Shown here one piece after another: positions 40,274-54,273 of a DNA stretch of 64,000 bases. The DNA comes from Octopus vulgaris (taxonomy: Eukaryota): NCBI GenBank assembly GCA_951406725.2, contig OX597836.1:10788001-10852000 (forward strand). The letters are read 5' to 3'. Made by a program: the position numbers and the translations under genes. Below the pieces are notes generated by a model. That model was not told the origin of the DNA and searched no databases. It saw nothing but the letters and a program-made list of their open reading frames with translations. The first letter of the stretch is position 1; every line of letters starts with the position of its first letter.

Positions 40274-40590
40274 CAGATAGACAGAGATAGAGATTTAGAA
40301 AGACAGGCAGATAGATAGATAGATAGATAGATGAGGGAGAGAAAGAGAGAGAAGGAGAGAGATACAGAGAGTGAGTGAGTGATCATATGTAGAGAGATGA
40401 GAGAGGGGTAAATAAAAATAATGCCAGGGACCATCAAGGGAGGTAAGCGGAATATGAAGAGTAAAAAACGGAGAAATTATAGTGTTACTTCAGAAAGCGA
40501 AAGGAAGAAAAAGAACGTAAGAGAAACACACACAAACACACACACATACACACATACACATACACACACATATACACACACACACACAAC

Positions 40591-40663
<73 letters not shown>

Positions 40664-40942
40664 ACACACAAACACACACACACTTACGCACACACACAAA
40701 CACACACACACAAACACACGCACACACACAAACACACACGTACATAAATATATCTATATATATGTATGTAATAATGTATGCGAAGAGAGAGAGAGAGAGG
40801 GGGAAGGAGAGAAAGAGACAGGGAAGGGAGTAGAGAGGAGGAACGAGAAGGAAAGAAAGGCGAAACAAAGAGATAGAGACTGAGAAAGTGTGTGTATGGT
40901 ATACACACACTGACAGAAGGAAATTAGTGAGAGAGAGAAAGA

Positions 40943-40980
<38 letters not shown>

Positions 40981-41009
40981 GAAAGAGAGAGAGAGAGAGA
41001 AGGAGGAGG

Positions 41010-41040
<31 letters not shown>

Positions 41041-41669
41041 ATTTGGGGAGGGACGTTTAGAGAAAGTAAGAGATCGAATTATGGAAAAGATTGGAAGATA
41101 AAAGCCGAAAGAAAGAAAGAAAGACAGAAAAAAAGAAGAAAGTAACAAAGGAAAGAAGTAAGGAACCAAAGACAAAAACAACAAAAACAACAACAACAAC
41201 AACACACACACGAAATAAAAAAAAAATGAAATGGCATTAAACACAGAAGATAAAAAGCAACGTAGCTCATAAAACGTAACAGTAACACCAATACCAACTT
41301 TCATCAAGCAACCCAATGATTGATAACGTCTTCTCAAAGGCTTCAGATCTCTGATGTCTGTGAGTTGGTTCCGATTCTTGCTTAGGAATTGCTCTTGTAT
41401 TTTATATGTCCTTCGCTCTTTGTTCTCGAAACATCGATAAAGATTGTTGTTGCTCAGTAAATTCGGTGGTGAAATGCTTGACTTTTATGCTTTACCGAAT
41501 CTGACATTGTTAGTTCTTTCGGTTATTAGCACTGAGGTCATGCTGGAGCACCGCCTTCAAAAAGGTGTTCAGTCGAAGCGCATTGCTGCCACCTTCCAGT
41601 AATATTTTCTTTTTATTATTAATTTTGGTACTTTATGCTACGGGTTTCGTTTGCCGAACCTGTATGTTA

Positions 41670-41985
41670 TAGTCTCGGGCCGACCAAAGCCTTGTGAGCG
41701 GATTTGGCAGACGGAAACTGAAAGAAGCCCGTCGTATATATGTATGTATATATATATATGTATGTGTGTGTATATGTTTGTGTATCTGTGTTTGTCCCCC
41801 CACCCAACATCACTTTACAACCGATGCTGGTGTGTTTGCGTCCCCGTAATCTAGCGGTTCGGCAAAATAGACCGATAGAATAAGTACTAGGTTTACAAAG
41901 AATAAGACCTGGGGTCGATTTGCTCGATTAAAAGGCGGTGCTCCAGCATGGCCACAGTCAAATGACTGAAACAAGAGTAAAAGTG
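41670..41985 (+). mobile_element. SINE family B, 5'-truncated, preceded by an inverted diverged fragment
   Basis: Body, internal microsatellite and tail match SINE-B. A reverse-oriented tail fragment lies at ~41530-41660. Confidence 0.88.
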
Positions 41986-42331
41986 TATGTGTAACAGAAG
42001 TCTAATATAGAAATTATGTGAGAGAGGGAGACAGGGTGGAAATCAAACACAGAGGGAGAGGCGAGGAGAGGGAGAGAGAGAGGGATATTCAACCCAAATT
42101 TATACACACACTAGTAAACGTTGGAGTATAATTGTATATTAGTAATTATGCCATTTGATCTACATTACCAAGTGACACTTGGTATCGGCAGCGAATGACT
42201 CATACACACTTGTATTAATAATATACATCTTGATGGACTCTTCAAACCGAGGTCTCATGGTAATACTAAAATATAACACACACTTCAGACACATACACAC
42301 ACACATTTACATAGACATACATACACACCTA

Positions 42332-42379
<48 letters not shown>

Positions 42380-42381
<2 letters not shown>

Positions 42382-42552
42382 CGCTAGCCACCACACATTC
42401 TCTATTTTCTGTCCTTGTTCCTATCTGTGTTCCTTTATGTGGATGAGCGTAAGCTCGAAACATTAAAGACTTTTTCACTTCCCAGGCGTTATACTAATAC
42501 ATCCGTTTGTTCTCTACACTTCCTGTCTTCGTCTCTTGAATTTGTGAATTCT

Positions 42553-42556
<4 letters not shown>
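42380..42556 (+). mobile_element. Family D element (more diverged)
   Basis: CTTT-ATGTGGA-T-GAGC-GTAA-GCTC-GAAA-CA-TT-AAAG at 42433-42468, with (TA)n on both sides. Confidence 0.68.
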
Positions 42557-42614
<58 letters not shown>

Positions 42615-42680
42615 GTAAACACGAAAAATAGAACTTGAAGTATGAGTGTATATATATTTTCGGTGATCGGTAAATTCCAC

Positions 42681-42716
<36 letters not shown>

Positions 42717-42818
42717 GGATATATATAATGAATTCCCCCATCGAAGACGACGTATGAGTATCCAGTCTTTTGCTGAACGATCTTCACACTTTCGGTGTCG
42801 AAATAATAGCTGAGCAAT

Positions 42819-43454
42819 CTGAAATTATGTGGTTGCCGTATGAGCATCTTAGCTTTACAGCCTTGTTTGCGTCTTGGAAATTATAATGGGAATTGTATCA
42901 AGATGGAATCTAGATATTTACGAAAAGCCACAAGTTGTATTTGAGGTATAACTATTCTTCTGCTTCAGGCCATTGGATGAAATCTACAAAATCTACCAAA
43001 TCTACAGAGAATGTCTGAATAAACAAATCGTATAAACCACAAGATGGCTGAAGGTGAAGAGAGTGAAACTTTTGTTTTTTAACGTAGGCATAGTTGTGTA
43101 GTAAAGATCCCTTTGCAATCACATGGTTTTGAGTTCAGTCCCACTCCGGGGTGACACTTTGGGTCGGTGTCTACTCCTGTAGGCCCGGGTCGAGATAATG
43201 GTGTATGAATGTAATGGATTTGGTACACGGAAACTGTAAAATATTACCAAAGGCTAGAACTGACCATCACAGAAGGGTCTCTTAGAACGAGCTCATATTC
43301 TCTGTGTAGCAAAGACCGATACCACAATGCCTAAAGTTCCTTTTCTGCATCAGAAAACACTTCATTTCCTAATAATCATTAAACCCATTACAGAGCTCAA
43401 ATGAAGTCCGCAATGGAATACGACTCACATCTAAAATGCACTGCTGTTACACAT
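42819..43454 (+). repeat. Local direct duplication, copy 1
   Basis: Closely similar to 47298-47934, with scattered substitutions and small indels. Confidence 0.93.
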
Positions 43455-44524
43455 TCCTGCCTGATCCGGGAATCGAGCCCACTATCTAGCGATCGTGAAT
43501 GCAACACCACAAGCACTAGGCCACAATGCGTCTTCACACACACACACACACGCACACACACATATGTGGGTTGTTGTTAAGCAACAAGACGGGTAAGGGT
43601 GATTAGGTGATGGTCTAGGGCTTAGGGGTGGGAGACCCCAGACTTTGGAAAAAAAAAACTTTGGTCGTCTTGTTGTAGTCGATGGCTCTTCGTGGACGCC
43701 CGACACCACTGGGAGGTGACCCTCGAAGTCGCTGGAAATGGAGATCTCCAGGTCCAAATTCTTGAACGGCACACATATGTGGGTGTACGTGTGTGGGTGT
43801 GAGTGTTTGTATGCATTTAGTTTTGCAAAGCATGAAGTAACTTAGATATAAATATATATTCTACAGTTGGAATGATTCACCGAATCATGATTCATTCTTT
43901 TACGTAATCGATCGACAAATCGATTCTACACATCATTGGTTATTTAGTTATATCTATTGTCTATAATTATATATATATATATTTATTCAAGTGAAATCGT
44001 TCATGGGAAAATAAAATTCAAATTCAATACACGATAAATTCGATTAGAGAAAACGAAGTCAGCCTTTGTACCAACTGGCTATGTATAATAGCTAGATCGT
44101 CCTCAATGCGCATCTCACTATCCTGGAACTGGATAAAATAGCCCTCAATACACTATAACAGTATATCAAAGTGGATGGTCAAAACTGGAGTGCCATTCGT
44201 TACACGACTGGTTAAATAATATTAAGCTTTGGCGAAGCACCAATAATTTTAAGGGGAGTTATCCACTCTGGGATTTTGAAAATATTGTGTCCTACTTTGT
44301 CTGATAATTTAATCGTTTCAGTGATCGTACTGCAGCCATGCTGGGGCACCGCCCTGGTCGTCTCGAAATGAACAAATCCACTCCGGTATTTATTTTGTTT
44401 TAAAGTCTGGTGTTCTATCGGTGTCTCTTTTAGAGATTCACTTAGCTGCAAGGACGTAAACAAGCCAAAATCTGTTGCTGAGCTGAGCGTGGACAAACCC
44501 AGACACAAAGATAGAGATATATAA

Positions 44525-44609
<85 letters not shown>

Positions 44610-45458
44610 GTCTGTCTGCCAAAATGGCAGAAATTTAAAAGATAGTACTCATGGGAACTGCCCATATCCTACACAAAATACTTTCTATATAATCTCAAGT
44701 TTTAAAACAAACATAATTTTCTTATGGTTTCTTAAACATTCTCTAGAACAACACTATGTACAAAACCAAATATATGGCACCTTAGCATAAAATCCACATG
44801 AAATTCTAACTTGTCTCTTGAGGTCTCTGGGTGAGACTTGGGGCCAACATGTACAAATGTAAAGAAAAAAATCAAACATAGAATAATAATAATTCTTTCG
44901 ATTACATTGCTTATCTGTTACATATTATTTTTATCCGACCCCTGATAAGGATGAAGCACAAAGTCAGCATCAGCAGAATTTGAACCTAGAACGTAAAGGG
45001 CAACTTGAAAATGCCGCAAAACGCTTCGCCCGACGGACTAAAGATCTTGCCGACACCGCCATTTTATTCAAAGGTACAATATTAAATACACGTTTATACG
45101 TATTGTGTGGACGGAAATTTAATTAGCACGTGCCCATTTTTGAATTTTATTACTGTCGTTTGTGTGTTCACATTGACAATGAGTTTACATTTAAAATGTA
45201 AACAGGTTTATGTTAGTCGAATCTAGATCATTCTTTAAAAAAAAAAAAAAAATGTGCTTCACAGCGAAATTGTTGAATTTATTATACAGCTATAAATGTC
45301 AATTTTCATCTGCATTCATTTATGAAATTGAACCATTTATTAGTTGATTCTAAGGAAATGGTAATATAAATGTCATAACATAGTAATTTATATTGAGATA
45401 TGGGTCAATATAGGAGTAATAAGAGGACGTTTTGGTGGCGAGAGGTACAGTGCGTGTA

Positions 45459-45498
<40 letters not shown>

Positions 45499-45639
45499 GG
45501 AGGTAGATAGACAGATAGATAGATCGTAGATAGCTAGATAGATAGACAGACAGACAGGTAGACAGATGGATGGATAGATAAAAAGATAGACTGATAACTA
45601 GATAGACACACACATACATATACATGTATATATATATAC

Positions 45640-45700
<61 letters not shown>

Positions 45701-46267
45701 TACATAAAAATGTAGATAGAGAGAGGCTGTGCGTGTGCGTTTGAGAGAGAGAGAGAGAGAGAGTAATAAATAGATAGATAGAAAAGATAGCTAGATAGAC
45801 AGACAGAGATTAAGGAAGAGATAGATAAATATATAGATAAAGAGAAAGAGAGAGAGAGAGAGAGAGGGAGGGAGAGAGAGGAAGGGGTGTGCAGTTATCA
45901 GAATTGGATCACATTTTCAACTAAGTAGAGAGGAAAAATAATTAAGATGGCAAATTCTTAGAGACATCGTTTCTCATATATTATTACCTCAATGTCTTCA
46001 TGCTTTATACATCTGCTCCGTAAATACAAATATAAGGGATATTTATATCAGAATGAAATCTTTACATGTACGGAAAACCAGAAGTTATCTTGTTTTTCCT
46101 TTGACTTGCTTCAGTCATTGGAATGCGACCATGCTGGGGCACTGCCTTGTAGAGATTTAATCGAACGAATCGACTTCAAATTAATTTTTTTTAAGTTACG
46201 TGCTTTGGCGCATGCGTGACTGTGTGGTCAGAAGCTTGGTTCTCAAAAACATGGTTCCGGATTCAGT

Positions 46268-46672
46268 CTCACAAGGGGCTAAATACAGAGGGGACAAGCA
46301 AGGAGAGACAAAGGGGGTTAAGTCGATTACATCGACCCCAGTGCGTAACTGGTACTTAATTTATCGACCCCGAAAGGATGAAAGGCTAAGTCGACCTCAG
46401 CGGAATTTGAACTCAGAACGTAACGGCAGACGAAATACCTATTTCTTTACTACCCACAAGGGGCTAAACACAGAGACGACAAGCAAGGACAGACAAAGGG
46501 GTTACGTCGATTACATCGACCCCAGTGCGTTACTGGTACTTATTTAATCGACCCCGAAACGATGAAAGGCAAAGTTGACCTCGGTGGAATTTGAACTCAG
46601 AACGTAACGGCACACAAAATGCCGCTAAGCATTTCGCCCGGCGTGCTAACGTTTCTGCCAGCTCGCCGCCTT
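46268..46672 (-). mobile_element. SINE family A dimer inserted in a SINE-B head
   Basis: Two bodies joined by the fixed junction (GAAATACCTATTTC on + at ~46432-46445). SINE-B sequence lies on both sides (46207-46267 and 46673-46755). Confidence 0.9.
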
Positions 46673-46776
46673 AAAAGTGTCTTCTATTAGAGTCTCGGGC
46701 CGACCAAAGCCTTGTGAGTGAATTTGGTAGACAGAAACTGAAAGAAACCCGTCATATATATATATGTATATATATG

Positions 46777-46879
<103 letters not shown>

Positions 46880-46881
46880 TG

Positions 46882-47087
46882 CAGTGATCCCTCGACTATC
46901 GCAGGTGTTACGTTCCCAAACCTCCCATAGGAATAATTAAAATAGAATAAAATATAAATATCTATCGGCCGCAGAAACCCGGATATACTGAGGAGTCCGC
47001 GATATAGATCTATATGTATATTAGCCAGAAAAATCCGTGATGTACTGAGTGCGCGATAGGTGAACACGATACGGCGAGAGATTGCTG
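46882..47087. mobile_element. pogo/Tigger-like MITE
   Basis: CAGTGATCCCTCGACTATCG...CGATACGGCGAGAGATTGCTG-TA, related to 18802-19026. Confidence 0.75.
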
Positions 47088-47297
47088 TATTCCGAAGAAC
47101 ATCACATGAAGCTATAATACCATGTAAATATTGAGGAGAAAATTCCTTTTGGAAAGAAAAAAGTTGAAGTATGGACCTGGTACTCGAACCCACATCTCCA
47201 CACAGTTCTCGTCGACCAAATTCACTCACAAGGCTTTGGTTGGTCTGGGGTTACAGAAGAAGACACTTGTTCAATATGCCGCACAATGAAATTGAAC

Positions 47298-47934
47298 CTG
47301 AAACTATGTGGTTGCCGTATGAGCATCTTAGCTTTACAGCTTTGTTTGCGTCTTGGAAATTATAATGGGAATTGTATCAAGATGGAATGTAGATATTTAC
47401 GAAAAGCCACAAGTTGTATTTGAGGTATAACTATTCTTCTGCTTCAGGCCATTGGATAAAATCTACAAAATCTTCCAAATCTACAGAGAATGTCTGAATA
47501 AACAAATCCTATAAACCTCAAGATGGCTGAAGGTGAAGGAAGTGAAACTTTTGTTTCTTAACGTAGGCATAGTTGTGTAGTAAAGATCCCTTTGCAATCA
47601 CATGGTTTTGAGTTCAGTCCCACTCCGGGGTGACACTTTGGGTCGGTATCTACTGCTGTAGGTCCGGACCGAGATAATGGTGTTTGAATGTAATGGATTT
47701 GGTATACGGAAACTCTGTAAAATATTACCAAAGGCTAGAACTGACCATCACAGAAGGGTCTCTTAGAACGACTCAAATTCTCTGTGTAGCAAAGACCGAT
47801 ACCACAATGCCTAAACTTCCCCTTCTGCATCAGAAAAATACTTCATTTCCCAATAATCACTAACCCATTACAGAGCTCAAATGAAGTCCGCAATGGAATA
47901 CGACTCACATCTAAAATGTACTGCTGTTACACAT
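47298..47934 (+). repeat. Local direct duplication, copy 2
   Basis: Matches 42819-43454. Confidence 0.93.
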
Positions 47935-47962
47935 GCGGATCTTAGATAGCATCCGTCTAAAG

Positions 47963-48217
47963 CAGTGGTTCTCAGCCGGTGCCCCTATGGCATTTGAGGT
48001 CCATGTCATATTTTGTTGTTAGAATTTATGTCCAATAAATTCGTTTTAATTCTACAATGTACGAAATATTTTAACAAGTTTTTTCTTTGTACAATTCCAA
48101 ATGACATCAAATTATAAAAATATAACAAAATTTTCTAAATGGTGAATAGTTATGAGGGTCCATACGAGGAAAATACGAATCAAAGGGCTCCATAAGTAAA
48201 AAAAATTGAGAAACACC
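47963..48217. mobile_element. Old hAT (Charlie-like) MITE
   Basis: Starts CAGTGGTTCTCAG and ends TTGAGAAACACC. Flanks GTCTAAAG and CACTAAAG resemble a decayed 8-bp TSD. Confidence 0.55.
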
Positions 48218-48284
48218 CACTAAAGGGTACCCAACTGATTAACTGCAAATCGCAGATCAATACCCACCAGCCTCTAGTCAATTA

Positions 48285-48452
48285 AACCGATTATATCGAC
48301 ACCAGTGCGTAACTGGTACTTATTTAATCGATCCCGAAAGGATGAAAGGGAAAGTCGACCTCGGCGGAATTTGAACTCAGAATGTAACGGCAGACGAAAT
48401 ACCGCTAAGAATTTCGCCCGGCGTGATAACGATTCTGCGAGCTCTCCTCCTT
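48285..48452 (-). mobile_element. SINE family A copy lacking the tail
   Basis: Head and central domain match. Confidence 0.82.
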
Positions 48453-49154
48453 GTCATCCAAGAGGAATATTAGCCACGTTGAGCGCATTGGTTATGAAGA
48501 ACCAGCAATGGCCTTAGAAACTTGAATAGAAAAATGAAAAAAATAAAACGGCCGCCTACAAGTCGAACAAACCATTAAGAGCAACAGCATAATAAACAGC
48601 AATATGCGAAGAGGGTCGTGTGAAAGTTAAAGCGAGCTGAACTGCTAATGTAAATGTTTACGTCAGTGGAAAAAGCAAGACAATACACATGCAAATGATA
48701 ACCGAGCAGATAATATAATTGATAACGCCATAACGGCATTTGATTTAGCTGAATGGATGTTGATAAGCAGGTGATCTGACAAGATAATGATAGCGCCAGT
48801 TCGGTAGGCAGTGTAAATATTACCATTGTAATCTGACTAGACTGAATAAATTTTCGATCAGTCATTTCTGACAAGAGTATAATCATTATTTTGGTGATGT
48901 CAGCATTAGACCATTGACGAAAGTGAGACTGGCGTAACAGCTCAATGTTAGAGACTGCATGATTCATCCGATTAAAGCAATCAATGAGATATTCTAGTCG
49001 TCTGCCATTTTTGGTTTAGCAGCCATGATATATCTTCATTTAAAACGGATGACTCGTGATTGTTTGTTTGTTTGTTTGGCTGGTTGGTTGGTTGGTTAAT
49101 AGTTGTTGCTGTTATATAACCCCAGGATGGTACTAATCGCGCAGACCAATTCTC

Positions 49155-49596
49155 CGATCTTTTCGGTTTGAACGGCAGATTTTAACATAAATTCTAGGTA
49201 ACTAAAAAATTTTAATCTTTGTATACTGGTAGAATGTGTTTATAAAACATCTTTTTCTCTTGGTTTTATTAAGAAAATTCTATAGTTTCTAAGATATTTA
49301 TTGTTTTTTTTCCTTCAATTTCTGCAATTTCAACCAATCAATTACGTCTATTGAGGTAAAAAACATTCTGTGCCGTATGAATATGTCCCTCGTTTAAGAA
49401 ACAGATTGGGTTTATTTACATTTGTGAAGAAAAAATATAACCTTCCCCCCACCCCTAACCCTAACCTAACTAACCCTAACTAACCCTGTCTCTAAAACAG
49501 TTTGAAATGCAATAGATCGATACTAGGGTCATAATTATGGGTGACAATTTCATATGACACCGCTAGAAAAAACTGCCGTTCAAACCGAAAAGATCC
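49155..49596. mobile_element. MITE with ~28-bp TIRs and 8-bp TSD (Merlin-like)
   Basis: TIR (G/C)GATCTTTTCGGTTTGAACGGCAG at both ends. TSD CAATTCTC at 49147-49154 and 49597-49604. Internal CCCTAA-like repeats. Confidence 0.8.
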
Positions 49597-49676
49597 CAAT
49601 TCTCTAATGCACAGAATGTCATATTATGCAATCTAGTGTTTTGAACACAACAAGGCATCATTTGAGAGAGATACAA

Positions 49677-50125
49677 AGCGGTAAAGCTGGCAAAATGGTT
49701 AGCATGCCGGGTAAAATGCTTAGCAGCATTTCGTCGGTCCTTACGTTCTGAGTTCAAATTTCGCCGAGATCGACTTTGCCTTTCATCCTCTCGGCGCCGA
49801 TAAAATAAGTAGCAGTTGAACACTGGAGCCAATGTAATCACCTTCTCCCGCCCCCTGCAATTGCTGGCTTTGTGTCAACATTTGAAACCAATATTAACTC
49901 TCTATAAGGCGACATGCACGCAAAATAGTTAGCACACCGGGCAAGATTCTTATCGGCATTTCGACCGTCTCAACGTTCTGAGTTCAAATTCCACAGAGCA
50001 CGACTTTGCATTTTATCCTTTCGGGGCCGATAAAACATGTAAGAATTGAGCATTGGAGTCGTTGTAATCAACTTATCCACTCCACCAAAATTACTGGCCT
50101 TGTGCCAAAATTTGAAACCATTATT
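49677..50125 (+). mobile_element. Two adjacent older SINE-A-related copies (alternative tail)
   Basis: Each has a head, B-box, central domain and CTGGC(C/T)TTGTG...TTTGAAACCA tail. Confidence 0.82.
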
Positions 50126-50889
50126 TGAGAAGGATTTGACTGCAGTTTCTTGCAGCTTCAGTGACCATATATAAGTACCTTCGATGACTTATAGTAGAAG
50201 TTGAACGTATCACCTCGTTGTGATTTCTCTGTGGTTAAGTGTTGCCGGCGAGTAAAACCTTTCTTGCCATTTTGGCAGTTTCTAGCAATTTCTTGCCGCG
50301 GCCCTGTATAGGTTGCTTAGTTGCCTCGTCGTAGAAGAAGTAATCTACATCGCTTCGTTATGAATTCTCAGTGTTTGGTGAGTATATTGTGGAATAAACC
50401 TCTTCGCGCCTTTCATTACACTCGATACTTAATCTAAAACAAATTCAGGTCCAGCAATACGTATAGCCTCTAGTAAGAAGGTAAACCAGATGCAAACAAC
50501 AGCTAGCTGTCTACAGAAACGAAGGAGAAGTAAAAATAAACTTAGAATAAACTCTCTTATATCCGGAACTCTAAAATCCGGAACTCTAAAGCAACCGGCA
50601 CTAGAGAAAAGTGAAACGAATTGTGCTGTTAATTAGAGTCGAGAGAATATGTGATAATTTGTGTTAATTATTTAGTTGTTATTAAAAGAAACTTTTTATT
50701 ATATCTAGATAGAATCGTTGCTTCTTAAAGTACAATACAGTATTTAATTATACAGCATTTAGAGAACCTGAATTACTTTAATGAAATTTATTCTTTACTT
50801 AAGTTTTAATTGCATTTCTCCATATTTCTCTCATTTCAACTATATTCAGAATATTAATGATATCATATATTGTTTTTGGCATCCTTTTA

Positions 50890-51255
50890 TCTCGGGAGAC
50901 AATGGAGTTGCGCATAAACTAACCCAGTCTGGTTTTTACATTTCATGTCCTCTCCAGAATCCTCTCCAGTTTTGCGCAGGCCTGGGCTAGATGTAAATAA
51001 AATCCTGGGTAGCCCAATCGTCAGGATTCCTCTCTCGACCTTGCTGACGCAGTCCAAAGGAGTGCAGAGCATTACGTTTGGCACCAGCTGGGTTGCAGGA
51101 GCTGCGTCGAACACTAAAGCGCCTACGGGGCTCCACTCCGGATTTCTTTGAAGGTTGTCTCCTTTCCGTAACCCTCGATAGGGGCCCATACCGGATACTG
51201 CCAGCCAGAGCCAGCTGAGCCCGGGACTCGTGTCAGACAGGGTCGTCACTCCCTG
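50890..51255 (-). mobile_element. GC-rich island, possibly the 5' UTR of an RTE-type LINE
   Basis: Sharp GC-rich segment. Minus-strand GGAGTGGAGCCC...CAGCTGGTGCCAAACGTAATGCT...CCTTTGGACTGCGTCAGC resembles RTE leader sequences from recall only. Confidence 0.35.
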
Positions 51256-51285
51256 AAATAGTGAAGAAAATCACTACCCACTACC

Positions 51286-51338
<53 letters not shown>

Positions 51339-51619
51339 ATTCTTCTCTGGAAACATGGGTGTTACGTTCATCTTTAAACAAACCTTATTAAAAGACCTTA
51401 TGTGTGGCATGGACTTATCGCCCTGAAGAAAATTCTAACTAAGCCCTACCTGCAAGATCATGCGCTGCTTATATTGGTACATATGGTTGTGTTGCATGTA
51501 CCTGGTGTGTCCTTATGAGATGGGTAGTCACCATGGGTATATTGGGATTCGTGTATTTGTACCCCAGTGTCACTTTGATGGCATGCACTGCTCTCTCACT
51601 CAATAATAATAATAATAAT

Positions 51620-51830
51620 ATTAATGGTTTCAAATTTTGCCACTGGGCCAGAAAGTGAGAGGAGAGGTTGTAAGTCGATTACCTCAGCCCGATTCTCAAG
51701 ATTATCAACTCTGAAAGGATTAAAGACAAAGTTGATCTCAACGGAATTTGAACTCAAAACTTCAAGACGGACGAAATGCTGCTAAGCGTTTTGTCCGGTA
51801 TGCCAACGATTCTGAGAGCTCGCCGCCTTA
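51620..51830 (-). mobile_element. Older SINE-A-related copy
   Basis: Minus-strand head AAGGCGGCGAGCT, B-box and alternative tail. Confidence 0.75.
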
Positions 51831-52271
51831 CTACTCCATATCATATTCATGTTAGAATAACTGGAAGAATTAATCTGTGGCGGTGTTATGTTTTGATTGA
51901 AAAGGTTGATTCCTCGCTTTGACATCATCTTCATCATAGACTGACAAAAATATTTCGAAAAAAAGAAACAACAGCGAAAACCAAAAGAAACCAAACCAGC
52001 AATTTCTACAGTTACTCTTCTCTGAGATATATCTGTTGTTAATTCTCTGCGAGGAAATTGATAGAATTAATAAAGATTATTCGTGAAAGTGGAGAAAATA
52101 AAAATAAGAAATAAGAAAAAGAAACTGGGAAAAAATTTCGGTCTTTGGCAGCGTGACAGAAAAAAAACAAACCAATCCCCACCAAAACAACAACAAAAGA
52201 CAAAAAGAAAAACAATAACAAAAGACATAAAGACGCTCGGTTTTCTTGTCCATCGCATCGAATAGCAAAGG

Positions 52272-52292
52272 TAGTGATGATAGTGATGATGA

Positions 52293-52324
<32 letters not shown>

Positions 52325-52554
52325 ATGATGATGATGATGATGGTGGTGATGGTGGTGATGTTGATGATGATGGTGATGGTGATGGTGATGATGATGATGA
52401 TGATGATGATGGTGGTGGTGATGGTGATGATGATGATGATGATGATGATGATAATGATGATGATGATGATGATTTGATGATAGTGGTGGTGATGGTGATG
52501 ATGATGATGATGATGATGATGATAATGATGATGATGATGATGGTGGTGGTGGTG

Positions 52555-52602
<48 letters not shown>

Positions 52603-52654
52603 GTGGTGATGATGATAATGATGATGATGATGATGATGATGGTGGTGGTGATGG

Positions 52655-52705
<51 letters not shown>

Positions 52706-52729
52706 GGTTGATGATAGTGGTGGTGATGG

Positions 52730-52773
<44 letters not shown>

Positions 52774-52780
52774 GTGGTGG

Positions 52781-52814
<34 letters not shown>

Positions 52815-52888
52815 AATGATGATGATGATGATGATGGTGGTGATGATGATAATGATGATGATGATGATGATGATGGTGGTGGTGATGG

Positions 52889-52929
<41 letters not shown>

Positions 52930-52939
52930 GTGGTGATGG

Positions 52940-52984
<45 letters not shown>

Positions 52985-53062
52985 CGATGATGATGATGTT
53001 TGTGGAGTCAGCGGCCGTGGTGGTGGTGGTGGTGATGGTGGTGAGGATGATGAAGATGATGC

Positions 53063-53094
<32 letters not shown>

Positions 53095-53426
53095 ATGATG
53101 GTGATGATGGTGGTGATGGTGATGATGATGATGATGATGTTGATACTGATTTCAGTTTTGGTTGTGATGGTGATAGGTGTGGTGGGTCTATTTTTCATGA
53201 TGATGACGACAACGTCGAAGATGCTTATGATGATGATGATGTTGACGACAGTATCCACACTTAAGATAAATGATGACGATGTCGATGATGACGATGGCGA
53301 AAACGACGACGACGACGATGATGTTGTTAATAATGCTGATTGTGAAGAGGGTGATGATGCTGATGATGATGATTATGACAACAAAAATGATGTTGATGAT
53401 GATTATGATAATGTTGATGATGGTGA
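52272..53426. repeat. Very long (GAT/GGT)n trinucleotide tract
   Basis: Directly visible, about 1.15 kb. Source of the spurious 393- and 398-aa ORFs. Confidence 0.95.
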
Positions 53427-53682
53427 TTTCTATTTTCAATGAATGCATTCTAAAAAAAAATGGAAAACAAAATATACCAAAATTCCCCTAAAATCAATCT
53501 CCAACTTTAAAAGAAATGATTTAAGATATTAGATACAGAGAAGAAGACAACAATATATGTATAGGTCTATCTAAGAATATACAAATAAATGTCTTGAACA
53601 AAACCAACAACAACAAAATAAATAAAACTGCCAATACATGTATATGGAACGCGCGTGTTCACTTTTTATTCACCTTAAGTGC

Positions 53683-53767
<85 letters not shown>

Positions 53768-53775
<8 letters not shown>

Positions 53776-54012
53776 CAGTGTACATTTAAACGCATAAGAG
53801 GTAGCTATCATAGGACTACCTGCACGCTAGAGAGTACAGTTAAATTCTGAACCACTATTAGGAATAAAATTTCGAATGGAATGAAAAATAAAAATATTTT
53901 CCATTCGAAATGTTATCCCTAATAGCGGTTTGGAACTTAACTGTCCTCTCTAGCGTGCAGGTAGTCCTATGATGGATACCTGTTATGTGTTTAAATGTAC
54001 ACTGTATTTATA
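53768..54012. repeat. Long palindrome (114-bp arms, 17-bp spacer)
   Basis: 53768-53881 is an imperfect reverse complement of 53899-54012. Confidence 0.92.
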
Positions 54013-54126
54013 TGAATACTATATAGTCTATGGACTAAAATTTTATACACGCTAGGCCACTGGTAAAGGAAATTTCTATTTCATATTACCATTTGATATT
54101 AATTAATTATTTATATATATATATAT

Positions 54127-54197
<71 letters not shown>

Positions 54198-54273
54198 GGA
54201 AAAAAATATTCTTTTCCCCAAAAAAATTTTATCAATGGCCAGCATATCAAAAAATACCTCTAAAGGTTAAATC

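Noticed and set aside
49452-49486. True telomere or chromosome fusion scar
   Set aside because: Only a few degenerate units, internal to a TSD-flanked MITE.
52077-53442. 393- and 398-aa poly-Ile, poly-Met and poly-Asp ORFs
   Set aside because: Read-through of a (GAT)n tract with no domain and no splice context.
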